A stretch of 64,000 nucleotides of DNA. Source: Acidaminococcaceae bacterium (GTDB taxonomy: Bacteria; Bacteroidota; Bacteroidia; Bacteroidales; Paludibacteraceae). A program made the translations under genes and the position numbers. The stretch's first letter is position 1; the number at the start of each line of letters is the position of its first letter. Below the pieces are notes generated by a model that had not been told where the DNA came from, searched no databases, and saw only the letters and a list, made by a program, of their open reading frames with translations. The stretch lies in the NCBI GenBank assembly GCA_963620225.1, contig CAVEZM010000005.1:20893-84892 (forward strand). The letters run 5' to 3'. Positions 47,200 through 56,547 of the stretch are shown here, piece after piece.

Positions 47200-48306
47200 A
47201 TGATAACTATCGAACAACTCAAAGACATTCAACAACGCGCCGACAAACTCAAGCAATACCTCGCCATTGACGAGAAACGGATTCAACTCGAGGAAGAAGA
47301 ACTACACACACAAGCCCCGGGCTTCTGGGACGATGCCAAGGCGGCAGAGGCACAGATGCGCAAAGTCAAGTCTATCAAACGATGGATAGACGGATACGAA
47401 GGCGTGCGCTCCTCCATCGAAGAACTGCAACTCGCCTTCGACTACTACCGTGAAGAACTGGTGACAGAAGAAGAGGTGGACACAGCATACCGACACGCAC
47501 AAGCCGAAGTTGAGGACCTCGAGATGAAAAATATGCTCTCCCACGAGGAAGACCAGATGCCCGCCGTGCTAAAGATAGTAGCAGGCGCAGGCGGCACCGA
47601 GGCACAGGACTGGGCGGAAATGCTCATGCGCATGTACCAGCGGTACTGTGAGAAGCACGACTACAAAGTCACCATCACCAACCTGCAGGAGGGCGACGAA
47701 GCAGGTATCAAGACCGTAACCTTCAACATCGAAGGCGACATGGCATATGGCTATCTCAAAAGCGAGAACGGCGTACACCGCCTCGTCCGTGTCAGCCCCT
47801 ACAACGCACAAGGCAAGCGTATGACATCCTTCGCCTCGGTCTTCGTAGTGCCTCTCATCGACGACAGCATCGAGATAAATGTTGACCCCGCAGGCATCAG
47901 TTGGGACACCTTCCGTTCCTCTGGTGCGGGCGGACAGAACGTCAACAAAGTGGAGTCTGGTGTCCGCCTCCACTACAAGTTCGTCAACCCGCTGACCAAT
48001 CAGCCCGACGAGATAGTCATCGAGAACACCGAAACGCGCGACCAGCCCAAGAACCGTGAGAATGCTCTCCGTCACCTCCGTAGTCAACTCTACGAACTCG
48101 AACTCGAGAAACGTCGCCAGGCTGCCGCTAAGGTCGAAGCAGGCAAGAAGAAGATTGAATGGGGTAGCCAGATACGCTCCTATGTCTTCGACGACCGACG
48201 TGTCAAAGACCACCGAACCAACTACCAGACATCAAACGTAAATGCAGTCATGGACGGAGACATAGACGGATTTATCAAAGCATACCTCATGGAGTTCCCC
48301 GAATAA
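47200..48306 (+). CDS. prfB: peptide chain release factor 2, uninterrupted ORF
   Basis: It has the GGQ motif (SGAGGQNVNK) and the RF2 anticodon-loop region (RVSPYNAQGKRMTSF). It is continuous from the ATG at 47200 with no internal in-frame stop. Confidence 0.93.
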   Translation: MITIEQLKDIQQRADKLKQYLAIDEKRIQLEEEELHTQAPGFWDDAKAAEAQMRKVKSIKRWIDGYEGVRSSIEELQLAFDYYREELVTEEEVDTAYRHAQAEVEDLEMKNMLSHEEDQMPAVLKIVAGAGGTEAQDWAEMLMRMYQRYCEKHDYKVTITNLQEGDEAGIKTVTFNIEGDMAYGYLKSENGVHRLVRVSPYNAQGKRMTSFASVFVVPLIDDSIEINVDPAGISWDTFRSSGAGGQNVNKVESGVRLHYKFVNPLTNQPDEIVIENTETRDQPKNRENALRHLRSQLYELELEKRRQAAAKVEAGKKKIEWGSQIRSYVFDDRRVKDHRTNYQTSNVNAVMDGDIDGFIKAYLMEFPE

Positions 48307-48349
48307 ACATTAACCGCTTGCTATGCAAGCATAAACAATAAATACAACT

Positions 48350-49567
48350 ATGATTACAAAACAATTTATCATCACAGCAGCACTGTCTGCTCTCTCTCTG
48401 TGCACCATGGCACAGAACGAGAACACACAACCCGCCGATACCACCGAAGGGTTCCTATTCACAACCATCGACAGCGTAGGCATCACACCTGTCAAAAACC
48501 AAAACCGAACTAGCACTTGCTGGGCTTTCTCCACCATCGGATTTCTCGAGAGCGAGTTACTACGCACAGGGAAAGGAGAATTTGATCTCAGTGAGATGTT
48601 CGTTGTCAACCACACAATGATAGACCGTGCCGAATACGTATTACGTATGTATGGAACAGCTGAGTTCGCCCCTGGAGGTTCCGGCTATGATGTCATCTAC
48701 TGCCTCAAAAACTATGGCATGGTACCACAAGAGGCTATGCCGGGCATCAGGTACGGAAGCACACCTGCCGACACACTACCCGTCCACACCGAACTTGACG
48801 CAGTGGCAAAAGGATATGTACAAGCACTAACAAACAGTAAACTCAAAAAACTAACACCCGTATGGAAACAGGGACTACAGGCCATATACGACACGTATCT
48901 CGGTGAGTGCCCGAAGACATTCACATACAACGGCAAAGAATACACCCCACTCTCTTTCGCCCGGTATCTCGGACTGAATGCTGATGACTACGTCAGCATC
49001 ACCTCTTACACACACCACCCTTTCTATACCACATTTGCTCTCGAAGTACCCGACAACTGGCGTATGGACTATATGTATAACGTACCACTCGAAGACATGA
49101 TGCGCATCATCGACAACGCTATCACCAACGGATATACATTGGGATGGGGAGCAGATGTCAGCGAAGTGGGATTCACACGCAAAGGTATAGGTGTCGTGCC
49201 GGATGCTGACAAAGGAGCAGACCTCACAGGAAGCGATGCCGCACACTGGTTGGGACTAACAGAAAAAGATAAAAAAGAAGAACTCACGAAACGTCCCTTA
49301 CCTGAGTTAGAGATCACACAAGAAATGAGACAACAAGCATACGACAGTTGGGAAAACACAGACGACCATGGCATGCAGATATTCGGAACAGCACACGACC
49401 AAAACGGTAAACGCTACTACATGATCAAAAACTCATGGGGAACACAAAAAAGCGATTACAATGGGATATGGTACATCTCCGAAGCATTCATGAAATACAA
49501 GACCAACGACGTCCTCGTACACAAAAACGCCATACCAAAAGATATCCGCAAGAAACTGGGGATATAA
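48350..49567 (+). CDS. pepC: C1B-family cysteine aminopeptidase (PepC/bleomycin hydrolase-like) with a signal peptide
   Basis: The catalytic Cys context is QNRTSTCWAFS, and later motifs are DDHGMQIFG and KNSWG. The N-terminus is hydrophobic (ALSALSLCTMAQ). Confidence 0.88.
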   Translation: MITKQFIITAALSALSLCTMAQNENTQPADTTEGFLFTTIDSVGITPVKNQNRTSTCWAFSTIGFLESELLRTGKGEFDLSEMFVVNHTMIDRAEYVLRMYGTAEFAPGGSGYDVIYCLKNYGMVPQEAMPGIRYGSTPADTLPVHTELDAVAKGYVQALTNSKLKKLTPVWKQGLQAIYDTYLGECPKTFTYNGKEYTPLSFARYLGLNADDYVSITSYTHHPFYTTFALEVPDNWRMDYMYNVPLEDMMRIIDNAITNGYTLGWGADVSEVGFTRKGIGVVPDADKGADLTGSDAAHWLGLTEKDKKEELTKRPLPELEITQEMRQQAYDSWENTDDHGMQIFGTAHDQNGKRYYMIKNSWGTQKSDYNGIWYISEAFMKYKTNDVLVHKNAIPKDIRKKLGI

Positions 49568-49596
49568 TACACTTCATCTCATATCCAACCAACACA

Positions 49597-49627
49597 GGAG
49601 GCTGTCTAACAAAATTAGATAGCCTCC
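49597..49627 (+). terminator. intrinsic terminator after pepC
   Basis: The hairpin is GGAGGCTGTCTA-ACAAAAT-TAGATAGCCTCC (12-bp stem, one mismatch) followed by a T-rich stretch. Confidence 0.7.
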
Positions 49628-49634
49628 ACTTCTT

Positions 49635-49647
49635 TCAACTTTCAACT
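49635..49647. repeat. two TCAACT hexamers beside a terminator
   Basis: TCAACT occurs at 49635 and 49642. It is the same hexamer as at 21218-21246 and is again adjacent to a terminator hairpin. Confidence 0.85.
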
Positions 49648-49678
49648 AACCACATTTGCACACCTGCAAATGTTTTAC

Positions 49679-49686
49679 TATCTTTG
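49679..49686 (+). promoter_or_regulatory. -7 promoter box TATCTTTG
   Basis: It lies on the plus strand, 21 nt upstream of the ATG at 49708. Confidence 0.6.
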
Positions 49687-49707
49687 CGGCAGAAATATCG
49701 ATAACCT

Positions 49708-50619
49708 ATGCTACAACAGTATTGCTATCTCGCTTGGTGGTTCGTGCGGGCACGTTTCTTCGGAAGACGGACACCACTACAGACCGTACTATTTATCACC
49801 GATAAATGCAACCTACGATGCAAACACTGCTCTGTCTATGGTAGCGCAGGATACCACCAACGCTCCTTCGAAGATATAGTCAACGATATGCACTATGCCT
49901 ACCAACAGGGCTCACGATTTATCGACCTTGAGGGCGGAGAACCTACACTGTGGCGCGAAGCAGACTTGACAATAAACGATATCATCAACCGAGCCAAACA
50001 GATAGGGTTCTTCTCTGTCACCGTCACAACAAATGCGCAGCAAGACTTCTCATGGATACACCCACACTCTGTTTGGGTATCCATGGACGGAGTAGGCATA
50101 TACCACGACCAAATACGCGGAGAGGGGACTTTCGCACGGCTCGAAGAAAACATACGTCGCTCACACCAGAAACATATCTGCGTCAATATGGTTGTCAATA
50201 CAATCAACGCTGACTCACTCGACGAAACAATGGAGTATGTCAAGAACAACCCGTACATCGAACAGATATCCGTTAACTTCCATACCCCCTATCCCGGCAC
50301 TGAGCACCTGACACTGCCTCCCGATAAAAAAGCAGAGATAATCGACAAAGTGATAGCATACAAACACCGCCGTTACCCCATCATGAATAGCCTGTCAGGA
50401 CTACGCAAGATGAAACAGAACACCTTGGGCAATATCCAACTGGGGAAAGAATGTTTCGTCACGAACTTCATCTACCCGGACGGCAGCAGGGGACTATGCC
50501 TCGGATATGGTACAGAACAGTGCAGGCTCTGTGGGTTCTGCATGGCCGGAGAGATGGCATCCGTCTTCCACTTCTGTCCCGACACCTTACTCAGCGGGTT
50601 CAAACTACGAATGGAATAG
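49708..50619 (+). CDS. radical SAM protein of unknown function (HpnH-like layout)
   Basis: It has the CNLRCKHC cluster motif, GGEPTL and a C-terminal Cys-rich stretch (CLGYGTEQCRLCGFCMAGE). Confidence 0.8.
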   Translation: MLQQYCYLAWWFVRARFFGRRTPLQTVLFITDKCNLRCKHCSVYGSAGYHQRSFEDIVNDMHYAYQQGSRFIDLEGGEPTLWREADLTINDIINRAKQIGFFSVTVTTNAQQDFSWIHPHSVWVSMDGVGIYHDQIRGEGTFARLEENIRRSHQKHICVNMVVNTINADSLDETMEYVKNNPYIEQISVNFHTPYPGTEHLTLPPDKKAEIIDKVIAYKHRRYPIMNSLSGLRKMKQNTLGNIQLGKECFVTNFIYPDGSRGLCLGYGTEQCRLCGFCMAGEMASVFHFCPDTLLSGFKLRME

Positions 50620-50703
50620 CATGGAAATAAACAAAGAACACTATCCTCTTGGGATAGATTATAATACAAACCTATTTACTAACCTAATTAAAACAAGAAC
50701 ATT

Positions 50704-51225
50704 ATGATTTCCAAACATCTACAGGACGCTATCAACGCCCAAATCAACGCAGAATTGTGGTCGGCTTATCTCTATCTGAGTATGTCTTCATATTGCCAAA
50801 GCGAAGGCTTTGTAGGTATGGCTAACTGGTTCGCTGTACAGTTCAAAGAAGAACAAGACCACGCACTCATCCTCATCAACTATCTCTATAGCAGGGGAGC
50901 AAGAGTATTACTCAAACCTATCGACGCCGTCGAGACACAATGGACATCTCCATTAGCCGCTTACGAGAACACTCTCGCACACGAACAAAAAGTCACCTCT
51001 ATGATCAATAACCTCATGGCTATTGCCGTCGAAGACAAAGATTTTGCCTCGCAAAGTCGACTGCAATGGTTCATCGACGAACAAGTAGAGGAAGAAGAAA
51101 CAGCTACAGAAATTATACAGAAACTACGCCTGTTAGGTGATAACGGGTATGGACTGTACCAACTTGACCAAGAGTTAAGTACACGAACATACACACAAGC
51201 AACACCTTTGGCAAACAATAACTAA
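50704..51225 (+). CDS. non-haem bacterial ferritin
   Basis: It has ferroxidase-centre residues in the ferritin pattern (NAELWSAYLYLSMS, FKEEQDHA, LAHEQKV). Confidence 0.9.
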   Translation: MISKHLQDAINAQINAELWSAYLYLSMSSYCQSEGFVGMANWFAVQFKEEQDHALILINYLYSRGARVLLKPIDAVETQWTSPLAAYENTLAHEQKVTSMINNLMAIAVEDKDFASQSRLQWFIDEQVEEEETATEIIQKLRLLGDNGYGLYQLDQELSTRTYTQATPLANNN

Positions 51226-51246
51226 TCCAAACAATAACTAACCATT

Positions 51247-52017
51247 ATGAAACGTATTGTCATATTCATATTGGCAGTCATCTGCCTCGTTGGTTGTACA
51301 CATAAACAGACAGCATACCAACAATACCAGGACATGCAAAATGATGTCATGGAACAACTGCAAGACTCTATATCGCGCGAAGTAGCAGACTCGTTAATAA
51401 CAGCATTTGTGAACACAAGTTACGACCTGTTGATAGACCGACTGTCTGACCCTACAGCAGACTCCATATTCTTCGATATATATTACATGCTCTCCGCTGA
51501 ACAGAAAGAGACCGTTTTCAACAAACTACCTGAGGAACGACTACAAACAGAAGACATGCAACACTGCTACCACACGTTCCAAGCCGAACAAATAGGAGCA
51601 CCGGGGAAGACATACACCGACATCACGGCACTGCAAGCCAATGGCGAACCACTGTCACTCAGCCAAGTTGTAGGGACAGCAGACTACGTCCTCGTGGATT
51701 TCTGGGCATCATGGTGCGGACCATGCAGACGACTGCTACCCGTCCTCAAAGAGTTCTATATCTCCTACCACCCATCGGGAAGACTGCAGATACTCGGAGT
51801 CAGTTGCGATACGGAGGAAACAGCATGGCTGAAAGCAGTACAAGAAGAAGAGTTGCCATGGCCGCAAATACGCGACCAACGGACTGAACCATATAACCCA
51901 TGCGACATCTATGGTATCACCGCTATACCGACTACACTACTCATCGACCGCAATGGGACAATAGTACTGCGCAACCCTGACCAGGCAGAACTCGAACGAG
52001 TACTCGCTGCACAATAA
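51247..52017 (+). CDS. TlpA/ResA-like thiol:disulfide oxidoreductase lipoprotein
   Basis: It has a lipobox (LVGC), an N-terminal helical extension and a thioredoxin fold with WASWCGPC. Confidence 0.88.
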   Translation: MKRIVIFILAVICLVGCTHKQTAYQQYQDMQNDVMEQLQDSISREVADSLITAFVNTSYDLLIDRLSDPTADSIFFDIYYMLSAEQKETVFNKLPEERLQTEDMQHCYHTFQAEQIGAPGKTYTDITALQANGEPLSLSQVVGTADYVLVDFWASWCGPCRRLLPVLKEFYISYHPSGRLQILGVSCDTEETAWLKAVQEEELPWPQIRDQRTEPYNPCDIYGITAIPTTLLIDRNGTIVLRNPDQAELERVLAAQ

Positions 52018-52036
52018 CTCAGTAACATCCCGCAAT

Positions 52037-53173
52037 ATGAACAGATACAACCATATACCACTACTGCTCTGTGCCGTCATCGCCACCACACTATGTGGTT
52101 GCCACAAGACCAAAGGACGAACACTGACATCCGCCACAGGTTCTGTTTACGAATGCCTTGTCGTAATGCAAAACAATGCGCTCTCGCAAAACGAAATCAA
52201 CCAAATAGCAAAATACAACCTCATAGACCAGTCCTCACCCTATAGCCAACCTATAGCCACTACATGCGACCTGGTTGACGCCGTCATGGCGGCAAGTATG
52301 CCATGCCTGCCACAAGTGGAACCCTACTTCAAACTCACACACGTACAACCCGCTGCCTTCGATGACATGCTCAAACCAACACGCAACATACTCATCATCG
52401 ATATCGACAACAAACAATATACACAGACAAAAGCAAAAATCAGCACCAACTACTGGTCTAAGCCACAAGCCATATACCGTATCCAGACACCATCGCAAGA
52501 ACAGTTCGTCACATATTGGCTAACACATGGGCAAGACGTGCGCCTATGGTTCGTACAACAAGAGATAGACAGGCAGATACGCTTCTATAACGCCAACACC
52601 AACAAGCAAGCACGAAAAAGACTGCAACAGATGGGATACGACATGCTCATACCGGAAGATTACTTGTTGATAATGGATACAACACTCACACTACAAACAG
52701 ATGACAATACCTATGTACCTGACAACAACGTTCAACTGCTATGGTGCTGCAACAACAAAGGCTCAATGAGAAAAGATATCGTCATCTATAACTACCCCTA
52801 CACCAACCCACAGACATTCACTATCAACTATCTCAACCAACAACGCGATGCCGTACTCGGAAAGGTCATCACCGCAACTGTCGAAGGCAGTCACATGGGA
52901 ACAGAGTACAAGGTCATACCACCACAGATGCGTGATATCAGCGTACAACACGGACAGTATGCCGCCGAGATACGGGGATTATGGAAAATGCGCGGAGGAG
53001 AGGCTATGGGAGGACCCTATGTCAGCCATACACGACTCGACCAAGTCAATGGACGGGTCATCACTGCCGAGACGTTCATATTCGCACCAGGACAAAACAA
53101 ACGCACCGCACTACGACAGAATGAAGCGATCCTCTATACACTCCAATTACCACAAGATACTATCAAACCCTAA
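52037..53173 (+). CDS. lipoprotein of unknown function (DUF4837-like)
   Basis: It has a lipobox (TTLCGC). The SATGSVYECLVVM start after the lipobox resembles DUF4837 proteins. The family is named from memory only. Confidence 0.45.
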   Translation: MNRYNHIPLLLCAVIATTLCGCHKTKGRTLTSATGSVYECLVVMQNNALSQNEINQIAKYNLIDQSSPYSQPIATTCDLVDAVMAASMPCLPQVEPYFKLTHVQPAAFDDMLKPTRNILIIDIDNKQYTQTKAKISTNYWSKPQAIYRIQTPSQEQFVTYWLTHGQDVRLWFVQQEIDRQIRFYNANTNKQARKRLQQMGYDMLIPEDYLLIMDTTLTLQTDDNTYVPDNNVQLLWCCNNKGSMRKDIVIYNYPYTNPQTFTINYLNQQRDAVLGKVITATVEGSHMGTEYKVIPPQMRDISVQHGQYAAEIRGLWKMRGGEAMGGPYVSHTRLDQVNGRVITAETFIFAPGQNKRTALRQNEAILYTLQLPQDTIKP

Positions 53174-53230
53174 TTCTGTAAAGTCAATATAGCAAAACAT
53201 AAATAATCCCATAACATACATAACTATGTG

Positions 53231-53247
53231 TTGCATACTATATGCAA
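53231..53247. promoter_or_regulatory. inverted repeat TTGCATA-CTA-TATGCAA next to the efflux-operon promoter
   Basis: It is a perfect 7+3+7 palindrome ending 6 nt upstream of the -7 box at 53254. Confidence 0.5.
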
Positions 53248-53253
53248 GTACAC

Positions 53254-53261
53254 TACTTTTG
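53254..53261 (+). promoter_or_regulatory. -7 promoter box TACTTTTG
   Basis: It lies on the plus strand, 60 nt upstream of the ATG at 53322. Confidence 0.6.
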
Positions 53262-53321
53262 CGTCGTCCTGACAGAAAGGAGTACTACATAGGACAACAA
53301 TAATAGTGTAACGTACGGACA

Positions 53322-53987
53322 ATGATAGAATTAAACAACATCGAGAAGACCTATAACAAAGGTCAAGAGAATGCGTTGCATGCGCTGAAAGGGATTAACC
53401 TGTGCGTGGAGGACGGTGAGTTCGTATCCATCATGGGAGCCTCAGGATCCGGAAAATCTACACTACTCAATATCATCGGCATCCTTGACAACTACGACAA
53501 AGGAGACTACTACCTCGCAGGAAAACTAATCAAAAACCTCAGCGAGACACAGAGCGCACGGGTGCGAAACGAGATGATCGGCTTTGTCTTTCAGAGTTTT
53601 AACCTACTCAACTTCAAAACGGCATTAGAGAATGTAGAACTACCACTCTACTACAAAGGTGTGCCGCGCCGACAACGACGCCTACTGGCAATGGAACAAC
53701 TCGAACGTATGGGCTTGCGTGACTGGGCAACACACCTACCCAACGAGATGTCAGGAGGGCAGAAACAGCGAGTCGCAATAGCACGAGCCATAGTAGGCAA
53801 ACCGAAACTGCTTCTGGCTGACGAACCTACAGGAGCATTGGACTCGAAAACCACACTCGAAGTCATGGATGTGTTCCGACAACTCAATGCCGAAGGAATC
53901 ACAACCATCATCGTTACACATGAACAGTCCGTCGCTGACACCACCAACAGAATAATACACATCACAGACGGAGAGATAGACAACTGA
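53322..53987 (+). CDS. MacB/LolD-type ABC transporter ATPase
   Basis: It has [26 protein letters not shown] and LLADEPTGALD. Confidence 0.93.
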   Translation: MIELNNIEKTYNKGQENALHALKGINLCVEDGEFVSIMGASGSGKSTLLNIIGILDNYDKGDYYLAGKLIKNLSETQSARVRNEMIGFVFQSFNLLNFKTALENVELPLYYKGVPRRQRRLLAMEQLERMGLRDWATHLPNEMSGGQKQRVAIARAIVGKPKLLLADEPTGALDSKTTLEVMDVFRQLNAEGITTIIVTHEQSVADTTNRIIHITDGEIDN

Positions 53988-54015
53988 ACAAACACTCAAT
54001 ACTGCCCGACAAACA

Positions 54016-55230
54016 ATGGATTTACTCCGTGAGATATGGGAATCGCTGAGACTTAACAAGTTCCGCACTGCAATGACGGGCTTTGCCGTAGCATGGGGTA
54101 TATTTATACTTGTGGTACTCCTGGGTATCAGCAATGGACTCGAGAACGGCATAATGGTGCGATACGGCTCAAGACTCAGCAACTCCGTAGAGATATGGGG
54201 TATGTGGACCAGCATGCCCTACAAAGGACTACCCGCTTTCCGGGAAATCGAATTTGAAGAGAAAGATGCAATAGCAATCAGGAATATGCCAGAGGTCGAG
54301 TTACTCTCGCGCGTGGACAACATGTCCATAAAGGTGGTCTATGGAAACCAAACGACCGACATAGACGTCAAAGGTGTGGAAGGTGACTACCAAACCATCC
54401 TGAGAAAAGACATACTCTGTGGACGTTTTATCAATGCCAACGACTGTAAACATAGGGAGAAGGTAGCCGTTCTTGACGAACGCGCCGTAGAAGAACTCTC
54501 TGCAACACCGGAACAGATACTTGGGAACTACATAACAATCAACGAACTTGGTTTCCGCATCATTGGTGTATGCAAAAAAGGGGACAGATGGGAAGGTGCT
54601 ACTATACACATCCCTTTCGACACATACCAGACTGTTTTTAATGGCAACAAACAATTTAGCCAAATGGTCATGACTATGCATAGCGGTACGGGAGATATTA
54701 AACAACGCATCAAGCATACCCTTGCACCCTTGATGCAATTCGATGAGAATGACCCGCAGGCCATTGGCGTATGGAGCCAGGAAGAGAGAGTGGAAGAACA
54801 AAACAAAGTGATGAATGCCATACGACTGTTTATCCTCTTACTGGGATTGTGTACACTCATGTCAGGAGCGGTAGGAGTAAGCAACATCATGCTCGTGTCT
54901 GTACGGGAACGAATCAAAGAACTCGGAATACGAAAAGCCTTAGGCGCACCTCCCGGCACCATCATGGCATCCGTGGTGGGAGAAGCACTCACTATCACCA
55001 CTCTCTTCGGAGCCATAGGGTTGCTATTCGGGATAGGCATCATGCAGGCGGTAAGCACCGTACTGGCAAACAGCGGTGGAGATGACTCTATGATCCTCAA
55101 CCCGACAGTGGATATAAGATCCGTGCTGATAGCACTGCTCATACTGATAGTGATAGGTACCTTAGCAGGGGCTACACCTGCCAGAAAAGCCATGCGTATC
55201 AAACCAATAGAGGCAATGAGAGATAAGTGA
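54016..55230 (+). CDS. FtsX/MacB-type ABC permease
   Basis: The layout is TM1, a periplasmic domain of about 220 aa, then three C-terminal TM helices carrying the FtsX motif (SVRERIKELGIRKALGA). Confidence 0.9.
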   Translation: MDLLREIWESLRLNKFRTAMTGFAVAWGIFILVVLLGISNGLENGIMVRYGSRLSNSVEIWGMWTSMPYKGLPAFREIEFEEKDAIAIRNMPEVELLSRVDNMSIKVVYGNQTTDIDVKGVEGDYQTILRKDILCGRFINANDCKHREKVAVLDERAVEELSATPEQILGNYITINELGFRIIGVCKKGDRWEGATIHIPFDTYQTVFNGNKQFSQMVMTMHSGTGDIKQRIKHTLAPLMQFDENDPQAIGVWSQEERVEEQNKVMNAIRLFILLLGLCTLMSGAVGVSNIMLVSVRERIKELGIRKALGAPPGTIMASVVGEALTITTLFGAIGLLFGIGIMQAVSTVLANSGGDDSMILNPTVDIRSVLIALLILIVIGTLAGATPARKAMRIKPIEAMRDK

Positions 55231-55284
55231 TACGGAAAACAACCAGTACTGCCTGCCATCAACAATCAATACACAACGAAGACA

Positions 55285-56523
55285 ATGGACTTCTTCAACG
55301 AAATATGGATAACCATCACCAAAAACCCCTCACGTAGTTTCTTAACGGGGTTCGGAGTATTCTGGGGGATGATGATACTACTCGCACTCGTTTCCGTAGG
55401 AGATGCACTTGTCAACAATGTGAAGAAGAATATTGCAGGCTTCGCTACGAACTCTTGCTTCATAGGAACTGCAGAAACGAGCAAGCCGTACAAAGGGTTA
55501 CAGAAAGGACGGCAATGGGAGATAAACAACAGTGATATGCCTATCCTGCGACGAGAAGCCAATAGTGCCGAGGTGGTTTCTGCCATATGCTTCAACGGAA
55601 TATGGGAAAACAACGTCAGATATGGAGAACGAAAAGGTACATACAACGTCATCGGTGTCGAATCGGACTTCCCCAAAGTACTGTATATACCTATCCTCTA
55701 TGGACGCAACATTAATGAGATTGACGTACAAGAACATCGTAAGGTCTGTGTCATAGGAAATGACATCTACAACGAACTCTTCCCTGAGGGAGGAGATGTA
55801 ACAGGACACATGCTGAATGTAGGAGCGATACAGTACCGCATCGTCGGTGTTAGAAAAGCATCCACTACAAGCATCTATATGGGAGGACACCCCAACGAAC
55901 AAGTCATACTCCCCATCACTACACTGCAACAAGTCTATAACCTCGGAGAGACCATACACATGGTTATGGCTACTGCAAAACCCAATATAGAAGTCACAAA
56001 AGTAGAGGAAGAGATTAAAGCAACCCTGAAACTGCTACATCAAATAGCACCTGATGACCAGAAAGCCACTTGGTCTATGAATATCGAGGAACAGTTCAAA
56101 TCATTTGAGTACCTGGTACTTGGACTCTCTATCTTGATATGGATAGTAGGACTGGGCACGCTTATATCGGGAGCCGTAGGCGTAACCAATATCATGCTGG
56201 TTACCGTGCGAGAACGAACACAAGAAATCGGCATACGCCGTGCATTAGGGGCAAGTCCTTGGACTATCCTCAAGCAGATTTTAGCCGAGAGCACACTACT
56301 CACCTTCTTCTCAGGAGTTTTTGGTATCGTTGCCAGTGTCGGGATAGTACAATTGGCAGGGATGGCACTCGCTAACAACGAGTTGTTTAGTGGCATACAA
56401 GTCAGTTTCAACATCGCTGCAACAGCACTCTTCATACTGATCGCTATCGGACTACTGTCAGGTATCATACCTGCACGACGCGCCTTAGCCATCAAACCTA
56501 TAGAAGCCCTCAGCGAAGAATAG
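55285..56523 (+). CDS. FtsX/MacB-type ABC permease, second paralogue
   Basis: It has the same architecture as the preceding permease (TVRERTQEIGIRRALGA). Confidence 0.9.
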   Translation: MDFFNEIWITITKNPSRSFLTGFGVFWGMMILLALVSVGDALVNNVKKNIAGFATNSCFIGTAETSKPYKGLQKGRQWEINNSDMPILRREANSAEVVSAICFNGIWENNVRYGERKGTYNVIGVESDFPKVLYIPILYGRNINEIDVQEHRKVCVIGNDIYNELFPEGGDVTGHMLNVGAIQYRIVGVRKASTTSIYMGGHPNEQVILPITTLQQVYNLGETIHMVMATAKPNIEVTKVEEEIKATLKLLHQIAPDDQKATWSMNIEEQFKSFEYLVLGLSILIWIVGLGTLISGAVGVTNIMLVTVRERTQEIGIRRALGASPWTILKQILAESTLLTFFSGVFGIVASVGIVQLAGMALANNELFSGIQVSFNIAATALFILIAIGLLSGIIPARRALAIKPIEALSEE

Positions 56524-56547
56524 AAACCATAAAGTCAATAAAACAAG

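Noticed and set aside
53309-53318. TAACGTACGG resembles the ARACGTWCGT half-site of Bacteroides invertible promoters.
   Set aside because: There is only one copy, with no inverted partner flanking the promoter, and no recombinase gene nearby.
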